NCBI RefSeq assembly: GCF_045802675.1
Contig: NZ_JBJMQO010000130.1
Coordinates: 22,550 to 86,549, forward strand
Reading direction: 5' to 3'
Length of the DNA: 64,000 nucleotides
DNA from: Archangium sp.
Lineage (GTDB): Bacteria; Myxococcota; Myxococcia; Myxococcales; Myxococcaceae
Shown: positions 10,097 to 20,001 of the stretch, one piece after another
How positions within the stretch are numbered: position 1 is the stretch's first letter
Layout of the letters: each line of letters opens with the position of its first letter
Notes under the pieces: model-generated
Databases searched by the model: none
The model's input: the letters and a program-made list of their open reading frames with translations, nothing else
Told to the model about the DNA's origin: nothing
Translations under genes and position numbers: made by a program

Positions 10097-11947
10097 TCAG
10101 TCGCCAGCACCCGCGTGCCCGAAGAGGTTCTCGATGACCTGGGCATAGTGGGTGCTGACGATGTGGCGGCGCACCTTGAGCGAGGGCGTGAGCTCGTTGC
10201 GCTCGATGGTGAAGTCATGCGGGAGGATGACGAACTTGCGGATGGACTCCGCACGCGACACCGAGCGGTTGGCCGAGTCGATGGCCTGGCTGATCTCGGC
10301 GCGCAGCGCGGCGTCTTCCGTGAGTGACTCGAGCGGCTGCCCCGCCTTGTCATGCTTCCGCGCCCAGTTGGCGAAGGCCCCGGGGTCGAGCGTGACGAGC
10401 GCCGCCACGAAGGGTTTGCCCTCGCCCACCACCATGGCCTGACTGACGAGCGGGTGCTCGCGGATGCGGTCCTCCAGCGGCCCCGGCGCCACGTTCTTGC
10501 CCGCCGCGGTGACGAGGATCTCCTTCTTGCGGCCGGTGATGCGCAGGAAGCCCGCGTCATCCAGGCTGCCCAGGTCTCCCGTCTGTAGCCACCCGTCCTG
10601 CGTGAAGGTGCGCTGGGTGGCCTCGGCGTTGTGCCAGTAGCCATGGAAGATCTGCGGGCCCTTCGCGAGGATTTCCCCGTCGTCCGCGATGCGGATGGTG
10701 GTGCCCGGCAGCGGCTTGCCCACCGTGCCAATCCGGTTGGCCGTGTCGGAGTTGATGGTGAGCACCGGGCTCGTCTCGGTCATGCCGTAGCCCTCGAGCA
10801 CCCTCAGGCCCATGCCGTTGTAGAAGTGGTTCAGCCGCTCCGCCAGGGGTCCGCCGCCCGACACGACGAAGCGCAGCTGCCCTCCGAAGGCCTGGCGGAT
10901 GTTGCGGTACAGGAGTCGATCGAGCACCGCGTGCTGCAGCCGCGTGAAGAGGCCGAAGCGGCCCTCGGCGCGGTTGCGCGAGGCCTGGATGGCCACCTCC
11001 GTGGCGAGGTCGAACACGCGCACCTTGCCCGCCTGGTCCGCCTTCTGCTGCGCCGTCTGGTAGAACTTCTCCAGCACGCGGGGCACGGTGCCGAACCACG
11101 TGGGCCGCACCATGCCGAGCTCCTCGGGAAGCCGGCCCGCGCTGGTGGCGAAGGCCACCGTGCAACCCCGCTCCACCGCGGCCAGGAAGAGCATCTTGGC
11201 CAGGGCGTGGGCGAGCGGCAGGAAGAGCATCGTCCGGTCCTGCTCGGTAATCAGGTTGCCCGCGTAGGTGAGCACCTGCAGGGCGTTCATCCGGATGTTG
11301 GCGTGCGACAGCTCGCAGCCCCGGGGCCGCCCCGTGGTGCCCGAGGTGTAGATGAGCGTGGCCAGCCCGTCCGTGCGCAGCCGCGACAGCCGCTCGTCCA
11401 GCCGGGCCTCGTCGACCTCGTCCCCGCGCTTCTGCAGGTGCTCGAGCGCCGCCTGGTCGATGACGAAGGTGTTGCGGCAGGCCGGGAGCCGCTCCGCGGA
11501 CTGGCGGTAGAGCGCGTGCAGGGCGTCCGTCTCGAAGAAGGCGGCCACCGCCTCGCTGTCCTTGAGAATCCACTCCACCTGGTCGGCGGAGGACGTCTCG
11601 TAGATGGGCACCGTGGTGGCCCCGATGGCGAGGATGGCGTAGTCGAGCAGCACCCACTCGACGCGCGTCTTCGACATGACAGCCACGCGCTGGCCCGGCT
11701 CGACGCCGAGCGCTATCAATCCCCGGGCCACCCGGCGCACCGTCCGGGCGATTTCCCCGGCGGTGAGGGGCTCGAACGTGTCACCGACACGACGCGAGAA
11801 CAGGGGCTTGTCCGGTGTCTCGCGTGCGTGCTTCAGCAGGGGTTGGAGCAGGTGTGCATCCGGTGCGAGCGTGACCTGTCCCTGACCCGCCATCTCCTTC
11901 GTCTGCGCGCTGCCGCTCATATGGGAGCGCACCATAGGCCCTGGCAA
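10097..11947 (-). CDS. Long-chain fatty acid--CoA ligase (AMP-dependent synthetase)
   Basis: YTSGTTG, EGYGMTET, GWLQTGDLG, GRKKE motifs; start may be 11920. Confidence 0.92.
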   Translation of the reverse strand: MPGPMVRSHMSGSAQTKEMAGQGQVTLAPDAHLLQPLLKHARETPDKPLFSRRVGDTFEPLTAGEIARTVRRVARGLIALGVEPGQRVAVMSKTRVEWVLLDYAILAIGATTVPIYETSSADQVEWILKDSEAVAAFFETDALHALYRQSAERLPACRNTFVIDQAALEHLQKRGDEVDEARLDERLSRLRTDGLATLIYTSGTTGRPRGCELSHANIRMNALQVLTYAGNLITEQDRTMLFLPLAHALAKMLFLAAVERGCTVAFATSAGRLPEELGMVRPTWFGTVPRVLEKFYQTAQQKADQAGKVRVFDLATEVAIQASRNRAEGRFGLFTRLQHAVLDRLLYRNIRQAFGGQLRFVVSGGGPLAERLNHFYNGMGLRVLEGYGMTETSPVLTINSDTANRIGTVGKPLPGTTIRIADDGEILAKGPQIFHGYWHNAEATQRTFTQDGWLQTGDLGSLDDAGFLRITGRKKEILVTAAGKNVAPGPLEDRIREHPLVSQAMVVGEGKPFVAALVTLDPGAFANWARKHDKAGQPLESLTEDAALRAEISQAIDSANRSVSRAESIRKFVILPHDFTIERNELTPSLKVRRHIVSTHYAQVIENLFGHAGAGD

Positions 11948-11956
11948 GCGGCTCGA

Positions 11957-13438
11957 CTACGGTCCGCAACCCACGTTGTTCCGATACCGACGCCGGTCCT
12001 CGTCGCTGCCCAGCTCGAGCGACTCGGCGAGCAGCCATTGGAACATCCCGTTGGCGATGGCCCGCTCCTGCCGCTCGTTGAACAGCCACGCGCCGAGGTT
12101 GCACAGGGGAATGTTCACCGCCTCGAAGGCGAGCCGCCGCGCCTCCCCTCCGCCGATGGCCGCGGCCAGGGTGCACTGCCGCTGGAGCGACAGGAAGCCC
12201 CGCCACTCCTCCTCGGCCTCGAGGGGGCGCCGCTCCGCCAACCGGCGTTCCACGTCCTCGGCGGCGGCTTCGATGCGCTCCAGGAGCTCGTTGCGCGCCC
12301 GGTACTCGACACTCTCGAAGAGTTGGCCGCTGGGCTCGAGCCGGTACAGCGGCACCTCCCGCGCCAGCACCCAGGCCGCGAGCTCCTCCGTCACCTGCTC
12401 GCCGAGCATCTCCAGCGCCCGTGCTCCGGCCCCGGGCGCGAGCCCCTTCGCGCGCTCCGCCACGAGGTCCTTCACCGTGAACGAGGACAGCGCCTGCTCC
12501 CATGCCTCCGTCGCCAGGGCGAGCACCATCGCCTCCTGTCCCGGAGGCACCCGCGCGAGCGCCGCGTGGAGCTCCAGCGCCCGGGCCAGGGGCTCCGGCG
12601 TGCTGCCCGCCAGCTCGCCCATGGCCAGCAGCAGGGACGGGGCGGGCGTCTGCTGCCAGGCGCGCTTCAGCAGGGGCCAGGTGGCCCACCAGCGCCGGGC
12701 GAGCACCCACCACGCCCCCAGGGCGAAGCGTCCCGCGCGAGGCTCGCGCAGCAGGCGCCGGGCCGCGGCCTGGAAGAAGGCGGCGAGCGAGTAGGAGCCA
12801 CTGCCGCGTTGAGAGAGCTCGAGCACGTCGCGCCAGCGGCCGTGGGCGGCGGCATCGGCGAGGCTCCACTCCAGCGCGGCCTTCCGGGCCAGCCGGGGCG
12901 CGACGCGCCGGTCCAGGTGGCTCACGCTCCGGCACAGGGCGCGCGCGGTCTCCAGGTCTCCACGCGAGGCGGCCAGCAGTCCGCTCGCGACGAGGGCCGC
13001 GCCCCGCATCGGGACGCACGTGTCCGCCAGCTGTTGCTCCAGCCAGTCCCGGTCCTCGGCGGAGGGGTTCTTCGAGCGCAGGAGCGCCCAGGCGCCAGCG
13101 AGCACCCGCCCGCCCTTGGGGTCCGCGCCCCAGCTCAACGCGGCCAGGGAGCCGAAGCGGTACGCCGCGCGAGTCCAGCCCAGCGGGATGAACACCCACC
13201 GGACGGTGGTCCAGGGGAAGAACAGCGCGAGCCCGAGCAGGACGAGCGGGGCGCACCACCACGCTCCCTCCAGCAGCGCCGCGAAGCAGACCAGCGTGGC
13301 CGGGAGGATGAAGATGAGGCTGAGGACGAAGTAGCCCGCATCTGCCGCATAGGGGTTGGGCTGTCCCTTCGCCCCCTTCGCGCCGTTCAGGGCCCGGAGC
13401 GCCATGACGGCACCGACGATGGCTCCGACGGGAATCAT
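11957..13438 (-). CDS. Membrane-anchored alpha-helical protein (third gene of Hsp70 operon)
   Basis: N-terminal hydrophobic helices; ATGA overlap with the upstream gene at 13435-13438. Confidence 0.7.
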   Translation of the reverse strand: MIPVGAIVGAVMALRALNGAKGAKGQPNPYAADAGYFVLSLIFILPATLVCFAALLEGAWWCAPLVLLGLALFFPWTTVRWVFIPLGWTRAAYRFGSLAALSWGADPKGGRVLAGAWALLRSKNPSAEDRDWLEQQLADTCVPMRGAALVASGLLAASRGDLETARALCRSVSHLDRRVAPRLARKAALEWSLADAAAHGRWRDVLELSQRGSGSYSLAAFFQAAARRLLREPRAGRFALGAWWVLARRWWATWPLLKRAWQQTPAPSLLLAMGELAGSTPEPLARALELHAALARVPPGQEAMVLALATEAWEQALSSFTVKDLVAERAKGLAPGAGARALEMLGEQVTEELAAWVLAREVPLYRLEPSGQLFESVEYRARNELLERIEAAAEDVERRLAERRPLEAEEEWRGFLSLQRQCTLAAAIGGGEARRLAFEAVNIPLCNLGAWLFNERQERAIANGMFQWLLAESLELGSDEDRRRYRNNVGCGP

Positions 13439-13797
13439 GTTTGCCTCCGCCAGCCGAGCCGTGCCGCGGCCTCGGGCCAGGGCGCGGCCTCCTGTGCCGG
13501 GGACGCCTGCTGGGGAAGCGCGTCACCGGGGGGAAGCTGAGCCCAGAGCGCGTGCAGGAGCCGGGTGTCGGGGTCGCGCAGGGTGGCCATGGCGGAGCGG
13601 ACGGTCTCGGCGGTGCGCGGCATGCGGCCCACGGGCGTGTCGTAGTGCGCGGCCTCGGCGAGCCCCAGCTCCAGCATGGCGAGCAGCTTCTGGCCCTCGC
13701 GCTCCACCTCCATGCGGGTGCACGAGGGGCGCAGTCCGAGCACGTGGAAGGCGTTCTCCCTCAACCGCGCGAAGACGTCCTTTTCGGACAGGCTCAT
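13435..13797 (-). CDS. Small protein with J-domain-like N-terminus (no HPD)
   Basis: MSLSEKD..ENAFHVLGL..; ATGA overlap with the Hsp70 stop at 13794-13797. Confidence 0.65.
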   Translation of the reverse strand: MSLSEKDVFARLRENAFHVLGLRPSCTRMEVEREGQKLLAMLELGLAEAAHYDTPVGRMPRTAETVRSAMATLRDPDTRLLHALWAQLPPGDALPQQASPAQEAAPWPEAAARLGWRRQT

Positions 13798-16256
13798 CGG
13801 ACCCCCGAGTCGTGCGCCATTCGGCGCTCCTGCGCGTCCTCGGGCAGCAGCCGCCAGAGCTGCTCCACCACCTGGCGCAATTCCTCGCGGCGCTGCTGCT
13901 CCAGGGCGCGCCGGCCCTTCTGGACCAGCTCCTCGGCGCGGGCCACGTCGGAGGCCTCGGACACGCGGCTGGAGGCGGAATCGAACTGCCACTCCCACGC
14001 CGAGGGGTGACGGTAGAAGGCGGCGTTGCCCAGCTTGCGGACGCTGCGCAGATGCCGCTGCAGCTCCACCGCCTGACGGCCGGCGTGCGCCCGCTCACAG
14101 GCCCGCATGGCGTCCTCGAGCAGCTTCTGCTCGGTGGGGCTGCCGAACTGCGACACCCAGGAGGACGCGACGGCGAGCTCCTCGCGCACCGTCTCCTCCA
14201 GCTCCGGCCAGCGCAGGCCCGACTCGGCCTGCTCGAGCTGCGCGTCCAGGTCCAACAGCCCGCGCCGGGCCTTCTGCCCCGCGTCCGCGTCCCCGCCGCG
14301 CGCCGCCTCCACGTCCCGCTCTATCTCCGCGAGCGCCGGGTCCGCGTAGCCCAGCAGGGACACCACCTCGGAGGCCCCGCGGCGGAAGGCCGAGCTGCGC
14401 AGCATCGCCACCCGCTCGCGCGCCGTAGTGAGGCCCTCCTGGAGGGACTCGGGCGTGGCGTCGGGCACGAGGAGCTGGGCCACCTGCTCGAAGACCTGTC
14501 CGAGCGCGGGCACCAGCGCACGGGCCGACAGCCGGCCGCCACGGTCCAGCTCCAGCGTCAGCTCCACCTCGGAGTCCGCGGGCAGCGAGGCGTTGAGCTG
14601 CTCTCCGCGAATCTCCAGCGCGCCGACGAGCCGGCACAGGTGGGCCCACTCGAGCTCGCCTTGGACGATGGGGATGCGCAGCACGTTGCCGGTGGAGCCG
14701 CGGGCGACGGCCTCGACGGTGCGCTGGCGGAAGGTGCGGCGGGCGGGGAGGGGAGCGCCGCGCTCGAAGTAGACGCGCACGGCGTTGTTGGCGAGCGCCA
14801 CGCCGATGCTGCGCGACAGGGGCGGGTCGCTCAGGGTGAGGCCCTGGACGATGGTGAACGTGGTGGGAGACAGCGCCACCGGCTTGCCGTCCGCGCCGCG
14901 TCCCTCGAGGCGGAAGACATTGGGCTTGCGCGGGACGAGCTGCACGGAGAGGACGAAGGCGCCCTCGGCGGAGAGCGGGGACTCGGGGCTGCTCCAGCCA
15001 CCGTCGGCCCGGACAAGCCGGATGTGAGAGGGTTTGGGGCCCGAGTCGCCCTCCACGAGCCGGCCCACGACATGCGGGGACAGGTCCGAGCTCATGGCGG
15101 GGTACTGGAGCCACACCTTGCGGCCGGAGGGCGCGGGCGGGGCGCTGGAGGCGGGGCGGCCATCGAGCCCGGCGGAGGCGGCGTAGAGCGCGGCACCCTG
15201 GGCCACGAGCGTCATGGGATCCAACCCCTCGGCGAAGGGAGCGCCAAGCGCGCTCTGCACCTGGGAGCGGAGGAAGGGCATGGCGGTGGGGCCGCCGACG
15301 AGCACCACCTTGCCGAGCTGCGAGGGCTCCAGCCCGTGCGAGGCGAGCAATCGCAGACACACCTGGATGGAGCGCTGCACCAGAGGAGCGCAGGCGGCCT
15401 CGACGCGCGAGCGGGAGAGGAGCACGTCCACGTCCACCGGGCCGCTGTCGGTCTCGAAGGCGGCGGGCACGAGGAGGGGGACCTCGTCGGAGCGGGACAA
15501 TTCAATCTTCGCCTCCTCCACGGCGCGCTTGAGCTTGCGCAGGGCGGTGGCGTGGCGGGGGTCGGCGCGGCGGATGTCGGCGCCCTGGGTGCGCAGGAGC
15601 TCGGCGAGCACGTCGTCGACGATGGCCTGGTCGAAGTCGCGGCCGCCGAGGAAGTTGTCCCCGTCATGGCCCACGACGCGCAGCAGCCCATCGCGCGTCT
15701 CGAGGAGGGACACGTCGAAGGTGCCGCCGCCGAGGTCGTAGACGAGCCAGCTGCCCTCGTCCGAGTCGGCGCTCCAGCCAGCGGCGAGCGCCGAGGCGAC
15801 GGGCTCCTGGATGAGCTCGACGCGGGAGAAGCCGGCGAGACGGGCGGCCTCGGAGGTGGCGGCGTTCTGGGGCAGCTCGAAGAGGGCGGGGACGGAGATG
15901 ACGGCGCAGGTGGGGGCCACGCCGAGCTGCTGCTCCACGTCCTTGCGCAGGGACTTGAGGACCTCGGCGGCGAGCTCCTCGGGCTTGCGCGAGAGCTTCG
16001 CGGCGGCGAAGTCGAGGGACTGGGCGGTGCCCATGAGGCGCTTGAACTCGGAGCGGGTGTTCTGGGGATCCGAGTCGAGGAGGCGGCGGGCGCGCTCTCC
16101 GACGGTGACGGCGCCGCGAGCGTCGATGCGCACCACGGAGGGGGTGAGGTTGGCGCCCTGGGCGTTGCGGAGGAGCGTGAGTTGCTCTCCGTCGAAGGCC
16201 GCGGCGGTGGAGTTGGTGGTCCCCAGGTCGATGCCGAGGTAGAGGGGAGAGGCCAT
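13794..16256 (-). CDS. Hsp70 family protein, non-canonical, with C-terminal helical extension
   Basis: GIDLGTTNS, TPSVV, EPVASA, YDLGGGTFD, LGGRDFD, LVGGPT motifs; 820 aa. Confidence 0.92.
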   Translation of the reverse strand: MASPLYLGIDLGTTNSTAAAFDGEQLTLLRNAQGANLTPSVVRIDARGAVTVGERARRLLDSDPQNTRSEFKRLMGTAQSLDFAAAKLSRKPEELAAEVLKSLRKDVEQQLGVAPTCAVISVPALFELPQNAATSEAARLAGFSRVELIQEPVASALAAGWSADSDEGSWLVYDLGGGTFDVSLLETRDGLLRVVGHDGDNFLGGRDFDQAIVDDVLAELLRTQGADIRRADPRHATALRKLKRAVEEAKIELSRSDEVPLLVPAAFETDSGPVDVDVLLSRSRVEAACAPLVQRSIQVCLRLLASHGLEPSQLGKVVLVGGPTAMPFLRSQVQSALGAPFAEGLDPMTLVAQGAALYAASAGLDGRPASSAPPAPSGRKVWLQYPAMSSDLSPHVVGRLVEGDSGPKPSHIRLVRADGGWSSPESPLSAEGAFVLSVQLVPRKPNVFRLEGRGADGKPVALSPTTFTIVQGLTLSDPPLSRSIGVALANNAVRVYFERGAPLPARRTFRQRTVEAVARGSTGNVLRIPIVQGELEWAHLCRLVGALEIRGEQLNASLPADSEVELTLELDRGGRLSARALVPALGQVFEQVAQLLVPDATPESLQEGLTTARERVAMLRSSAFRRGASEVVSLLGYADPALAEIERDVEAARGGDADAGQKARRGLLDLDAQLEQAESGLRWPELEETVREELAVASSWVSQFGSPTEQKLLEDAMRACERAHAGRQAVELQRHLRSVRKLGNAAFYRHPSAWEWQFDSASSRVSEASDVARAEELVQKGRRALEQQRREELRQVVEQLWRLLPEDAQERRMAHDSGVR

Positions 16257-16444
16257 GGCGGCGGATGATACATGGCCGCTCCGAGCCAGCGCACCGGGGC
16301 CGGGGCTCGTGGGCCTTGGAATTCTGAGAGCGCCAAGGCGCGTGGGTCTCGCTTCCGTGCACGGCCCCGAGGGGCGGGGTCCGGAGTCCCTCTGGCCCGC
16401 GTGTTGCTCAGGCGCTGGGCACCATTTGAAGAGGGGGAACGATC

Positions 16445-17122
16445 ATGAAGGGACAGGGGTGGAGTGCGCTTGCGCTGGGAGTGTGTCTCGTGGGTGGAGC
16501 GGCGTGGGCTGGGGAGCACGAGCACGAGAAGCAGCTCTGGCTGGAGCCGGCGTGGGGGGCCTTGCTGCCCGTGGTGGGGCTCGCCTCCAGCGGGCCGCTG
16601 CCGGGGACGGTGCTCTACGTGCCGGTGGGCATGAACGTGCCGCTGGGCGAGCGGAGCGCGCTCGGGGTGGAGCTGTCGTATCTGCACCGCCGGTGGATGC
16701 CGACGGAGGAGGGGACGACGCTGGACCACCGCGCGGATGCGGTGCGCGTCTCGGTGGGGCCTGTCTTCCAACTCTCGGGAGAGCGCCCCTACGAGGGATT
16801 CTTCGTGCAGCCGCTGGTGACGGCGATGTTCGTCTACAAATACGAGGAGACCCTTCTGCACGAGGGCGGCCGCAACGTCGTGGACAGGTGGGGGATGTCC
16901 ACGGTCGTGTTCGAAGCGGGCCTGGACGTGGGCTACGGCTTCCGGTGGGGGAACTTCACGCTGACGCCCTTGATTGGAGCGAGCGTGGGTTACAGCCCGC
17001 TGGCGCTGCTCGGGACGGGACCGGACTGGCTGTGGATTGCCAGGGGGCAGCCGGGGGAAGCGAACAGGGGCGTTGCGTGGAACCTCAATCTCGACCTGCT
17101 GCGGCTCGGCTGGGTCTTCTGA
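16445..17122 (+). CDS. Secreted, probably outer-membrane beta-barrel protein
   Basis: Signal peptide (AWA); amphipathic strands; C-terminal ...LGWVF aromatic end. Confidence 0.6.
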   Translation: MKGQGWSALALGVCLVGGAAWAGEHEHEKQLWLEPAWGALLPVVGLASSGPLPGTVLYVPVGMNVPLGERSALGVELSYLHRRWMPTEEGTTLDHRADAVRVSVGPVFQLSGERPYEGFFVQPLVTAMFVYKYEETLLHEGGRNVVDRWGMSTVVFEAGLDVGYGFRWGNFTLTPLIGASVGYSPLALLGTGPDWLWIARGQPGEANRGVAWNLNLDLLRLGWVF

Positions 17123-17131
17123 GCGGGGAGT

Positions 17132-17560
17132 TCACCGCTTCGACAGGATGCGCCCTTGCGCGTCGATGGCGTACTCCGCTCCCGCGTCAGGGACGATGAA
17201 TCCCGGGGCGCATTTCGACAGGTCCGGGGAGAGCAGCACGAAGAAGAGGTTCTCGTTAGCCTGCATCACGACGGTCCGATACGTGTCCCAACGGGCGAGA
17301 CATTGGAACTCGGGGCCCTCCTGCTTCTCTGCCTGGATGTAAGGAGGCAGGTAGTCATTCATGGCCACCGAGAGGGCCTTCATCATGGCTCCGTCGAGGC
17401 GGGTGCCACCCTCATATGAGTTTGGAAAATTGATCTGGGCCGACTCCTCGGGAGGAGCCATCTCCGCCTTCTGATATCTGTGATAGCCGAAGCGCTCGAG
17501 CATCACACAGCCCGAAAGAGCGCAGGAGCACAAAAGGACGGCGGGGAAGAGAAATTTCAT
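17132..17560 (-). CDS. Myxobacterial lipoprotein
   Basis: MKFLFPAVLLCSCALSGC lipobox; C-terminal GAEYAIDAQGRIL. Confidence 0.7.
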   Translation of the reverse strand: MKFLFPAVLLCSCALSGCVMLERFGYHRYQKAEMAPPEESAQINFPNSYEGGTRLDGAMMKALSVAMNDYLPPYIQAEKQEGPEFQCLARWDTYRTVVMQANENLFFVLLSPDLSKCAPGFIVPDAGAEYAIDAQGRILSKR

Positions 17561-17645
17561 GTCGGCCTGCTTCGGTATCTTCCCCGCAGAGGTCTTCATA
17601 AAGAGAGCATTGGCTTGTATTACACTTCGGCAAAAACTGACCTTG

Positions 17646-18707
17646 TCAGGGTGACTTCGCTGAAACCAAGTCTCTGACGTAGCGGAGTGTATCTACCAGT
17701 CCTTGGATGACCTCATGATGTTCCACACCCAATCTCGGGTAGAGGGGAATGACAGGAGTGTCCCGCCAGCTCGGATCTCGTAGGAGCATCGGTGGCGACT
17801 TCAATGCAAGAGGTTGCAAGGCACGTAGGAGGTCAGGCCAGGCGTCTGGCTTGTTGGGGAATTCCAGCCAGAAAGGCGTTTCGGCAATAGTGTGCCAGCG
17901 CCAGGGACTCAAATAGAGGTAGAAGTCATGCCCAGCAATTCGAACTGTACGCCAGTAGGACATTTTGCTGCCGCCACTCGTTCCCCTGGCGCAAACATTT
18001 TGCGCAACGGCGGCTTCACTGACTTCTTCGATGAGTGCTCCAAACTGGTAGATACGCTGGCCGATGCCAGCTGACAGCTCTTCCTGGCGCAGCGGCAGGA
18101 ACGCCGTCGTATCCTCACGTGTGCATAGCCCCAATAGCTGGTTCAGGTTCTCTGCGGAAACGTGATCCCCCTGCGAGAGGGCTGCGCTCTGGAGACTCTC
18201 CAGGAACGGCTTCCATGCGGCAATAGCCAGAAACTTGTTCGAACCGACTTGCGAAACGGACTGCCGCTCATGCCCGAATGCGGTGGTGGCACCGAGGAGC
18301 CCGTCCTTACATCGCAGCAGGAGTTCTCTCCACAGCAACTGGCGTCGTGCTTCCGGTACGATGACAAGCAGTGCCGTGGGCTTATCAGGCGGGAGCGCGT
18401 TAAGGTACGTCACCGGCTGGTTATCGGTCAGCCCCGCCCAGAACTTTGCTTCGATGAACAAAACCGGAGCTCCGCTTTTGTCGGCGCCACGCAGATCCGG
18501 ACGTGCGGCGTTTTCTTCGCTTTGCTGCGCCGAGAAGGAAACCACCTGAGGCGGCGGAACGCCCAGCCTCTCCAAAAAGCGCAGGACCGCCTGTCGCAGG
18601 TACTCGTTTCGGCGCAGGATGAACGCGAGTGCTTCCGTGGCCACATTCTCGGGATGAGCGCTGAGACGAGAGGCCAAGTGTCCGAGCAGGCTGTCGTTGG
18701 TATCCAT
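17646..18707 (-). CDS. PD-(D/E)XK superfamily nuclease-like protein (lower GC)
   Basis: EN..TEAL, RPDL, FIEAK, Q..TY motif order; DNA visibly AT-richer than the flanks. Confidence 0.7.
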   Translation of the reverse strand: MDTNDSLLGHLASRLSAHPENVATEALAFILRRNEYLRQAVLRFLERLGVPPPQVVSFSAQQSEENAARPDLRGADKSGAPVLFIEAKFWAGLTDNQPVTYLNALPPDKPTALLVIVPEARRQLLWRELLLRCKDGLLGATTAFGHERQSVSQVGSNKFLAIAAWKPFLESLQSAALSQGDHVSAENLNQLLGLCTREDTTAFLPLRQEELSAGIGQRIYQFGALIEEVSEAAVAQNVCARGTSGGSKMSYWRTVRIAGHDFYLYLSPWRWHTIAETPFWLEFPNKPDAWPDLLRALQPLALKSPPMLLRDPSWRDTPVIPLYPRLGVEHHEVIQGLVDTLRYVRDLVSAKSP

Positions 18708-18967
18708 GACCCGTGATCCTCTTCCATCAAGGTCATGGATTCAAGATACGAATACGTAGGGGAAAGAACGGAGGAGGTGACTGCACTCTGCTTGCGTGCG
18801 CCCGGCCCGGTGGAGTCTGGGTCTCACGTCCCACCCTAATGCTACTCGTTCACTTCGCGCGCCCTCCGAGGAGGATTTCGCCTCGTAATTCCATGGCGGC
18901 TCTCAGGAAGTGACCGGGTAGTGTTAGCCGATGGAAATCCATGTGACAGCCGCCAAGGCAGAGGCGC

Positions 18968-19735
18968 CTACAGGTCTTTAGCCTGCTCTTTCTTGTGCTC
19001 CAGGCGCTCCATTTCCAGTTCTTGGTGCAGCCTTGGCGCCAGCATTATGCTTTCATAATCAATAAACAGCATGTCCTCATCAGGGATGCGGCGCCCGAAG
19101 AGGTTGATTCCTGTTTCTGAAGTTTCCCATTTCTTTTGCAGAATGAAATCACTCTGGGCACTGATGGCCTGCTGTTGAGCCTCAGCCTCTGCTCGTTCTG
19201 CAGATGCATCAATGCGAGACTGCTTGTACGTATCCGCTGGGGCCCCAGAAAGCGCTTCATTGATTTTGGCGCTCGACCACACGAGATCGGCTGCGAGGCG
19301 ATGTTGGCCAACACGCTCCGCAGCTTCTTGTGCTGTATCAACATCTTCTGACGGGATTCCGTATTTCGTTGTCAGCAGTTCAGCGAGCGCTTTGTGTTCT
19401 ATGCGAATATCTTCAAATTGCGTAAAACGGATGTGAACTACACCCAAGCGTCCCTTCGTAAAGAGGAAAACCACCCGCGCTGGATGCTCAGCGACGTTCA
19501 TCGAGAGGGCAAGATCCCCTCGTGGCAAAGACTCGGCTGCAGGATAGAGCGATGCCACTTCATCGCGCGTCATTCCCCAGCGCGTCGACTGAAAGCCATC
19601 ACGACTACGGTAGGTTCCTTCATTGAGCGCTCGGTTCGCCGCGTAGATGGCATCTCTCCGTGCCAGAGCGGATGAGCCCTGTTGTTCAGTCGCGCAAGCC
19701 ACAAGTACAAGAGCCGTCAACCCCAAATAGCGCAT
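18968..19735 (-). CDS. Lipoprotein of unknown function (lower GC)
   Basis: LVAC lipobox; GF..TRWGMTRDEV motif; GAGGAG RBS upstream. Confidence 0.7.
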   Translation of the reverse strand: MRYLGLTALVLVACATEQQGSSALARRDAIYAANRALNEGTYRSRDGFQSTRWGMTRDEVASLYPAAESLPRGDLALSMNVAEHPARVVFLFTKGRLGVVHIRFTQFEDIRIEHKALAELLTTKYGIPSEDVDTAQEAAERVGQHRLAADLVWSSAKINEALSGAPADTYKQSRIDASAERAEAEAQQQAISAQSDFILQKKWETSETGINLFGRRIPDEDMLFIDYESIMLAPRLHQELEMERLEHKKEQAKDL

Positions 19736-19744
19736 GCGTCGCTT

Positions 19745-19870
19745 CTACTCCTCGAACAGTAGTGGAATCAATCCAGAGAGCCGCACCCGGACATCGGGGT
19801 TGGTGCTTGCGCAACCGAGGGCACTCACCAGCAGTGGCAGCACGAGCAGCCAGCAAGACTTGGTGAGCAC
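19745..19870 (-). CDS. 41-aa small or truncated lipoprotein, absent from the ORF track
   Basis: GGAGGAG RBS, GTG start, MLTKSCWLLVLPLLVSALGCASTNPDVRVRLSGLIPLLFEE*, ALGC lipobox. Confidence 0.5.
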   Translation of the reverse strand: MLTKSCWLLVLPLLVSALGCASTNPDVRVRLSGLIPLLFEE

Positions 19871-20001
19871 GCCGTCTCCTCCGGCCGTCGATACCGTCAG
19901 CGTGAAAATCATCTTGTCCGGGCTGGTCCGGAGTCAAGGCTTCCACGATGTCAGCGGCTCGGACTACTCTGCACGTACTGCGTTGGCAGGGGGACCTGAG
20001 C

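Noticed and set aside
10631-16268. Two ~970-aa plus-strand ORFs (10631..13540 and 13356..16268)
   Set aside because: Shadows of the motif-bearing minus-strand genes (acyl-CoA ligase and Hsp70 operon).
18710-18965. Possible IS remnant or ncRNA in the low-GC spacer
   Set aside because: No terminal inverted repeats, transposase fragment or convincing stem was found by eye.
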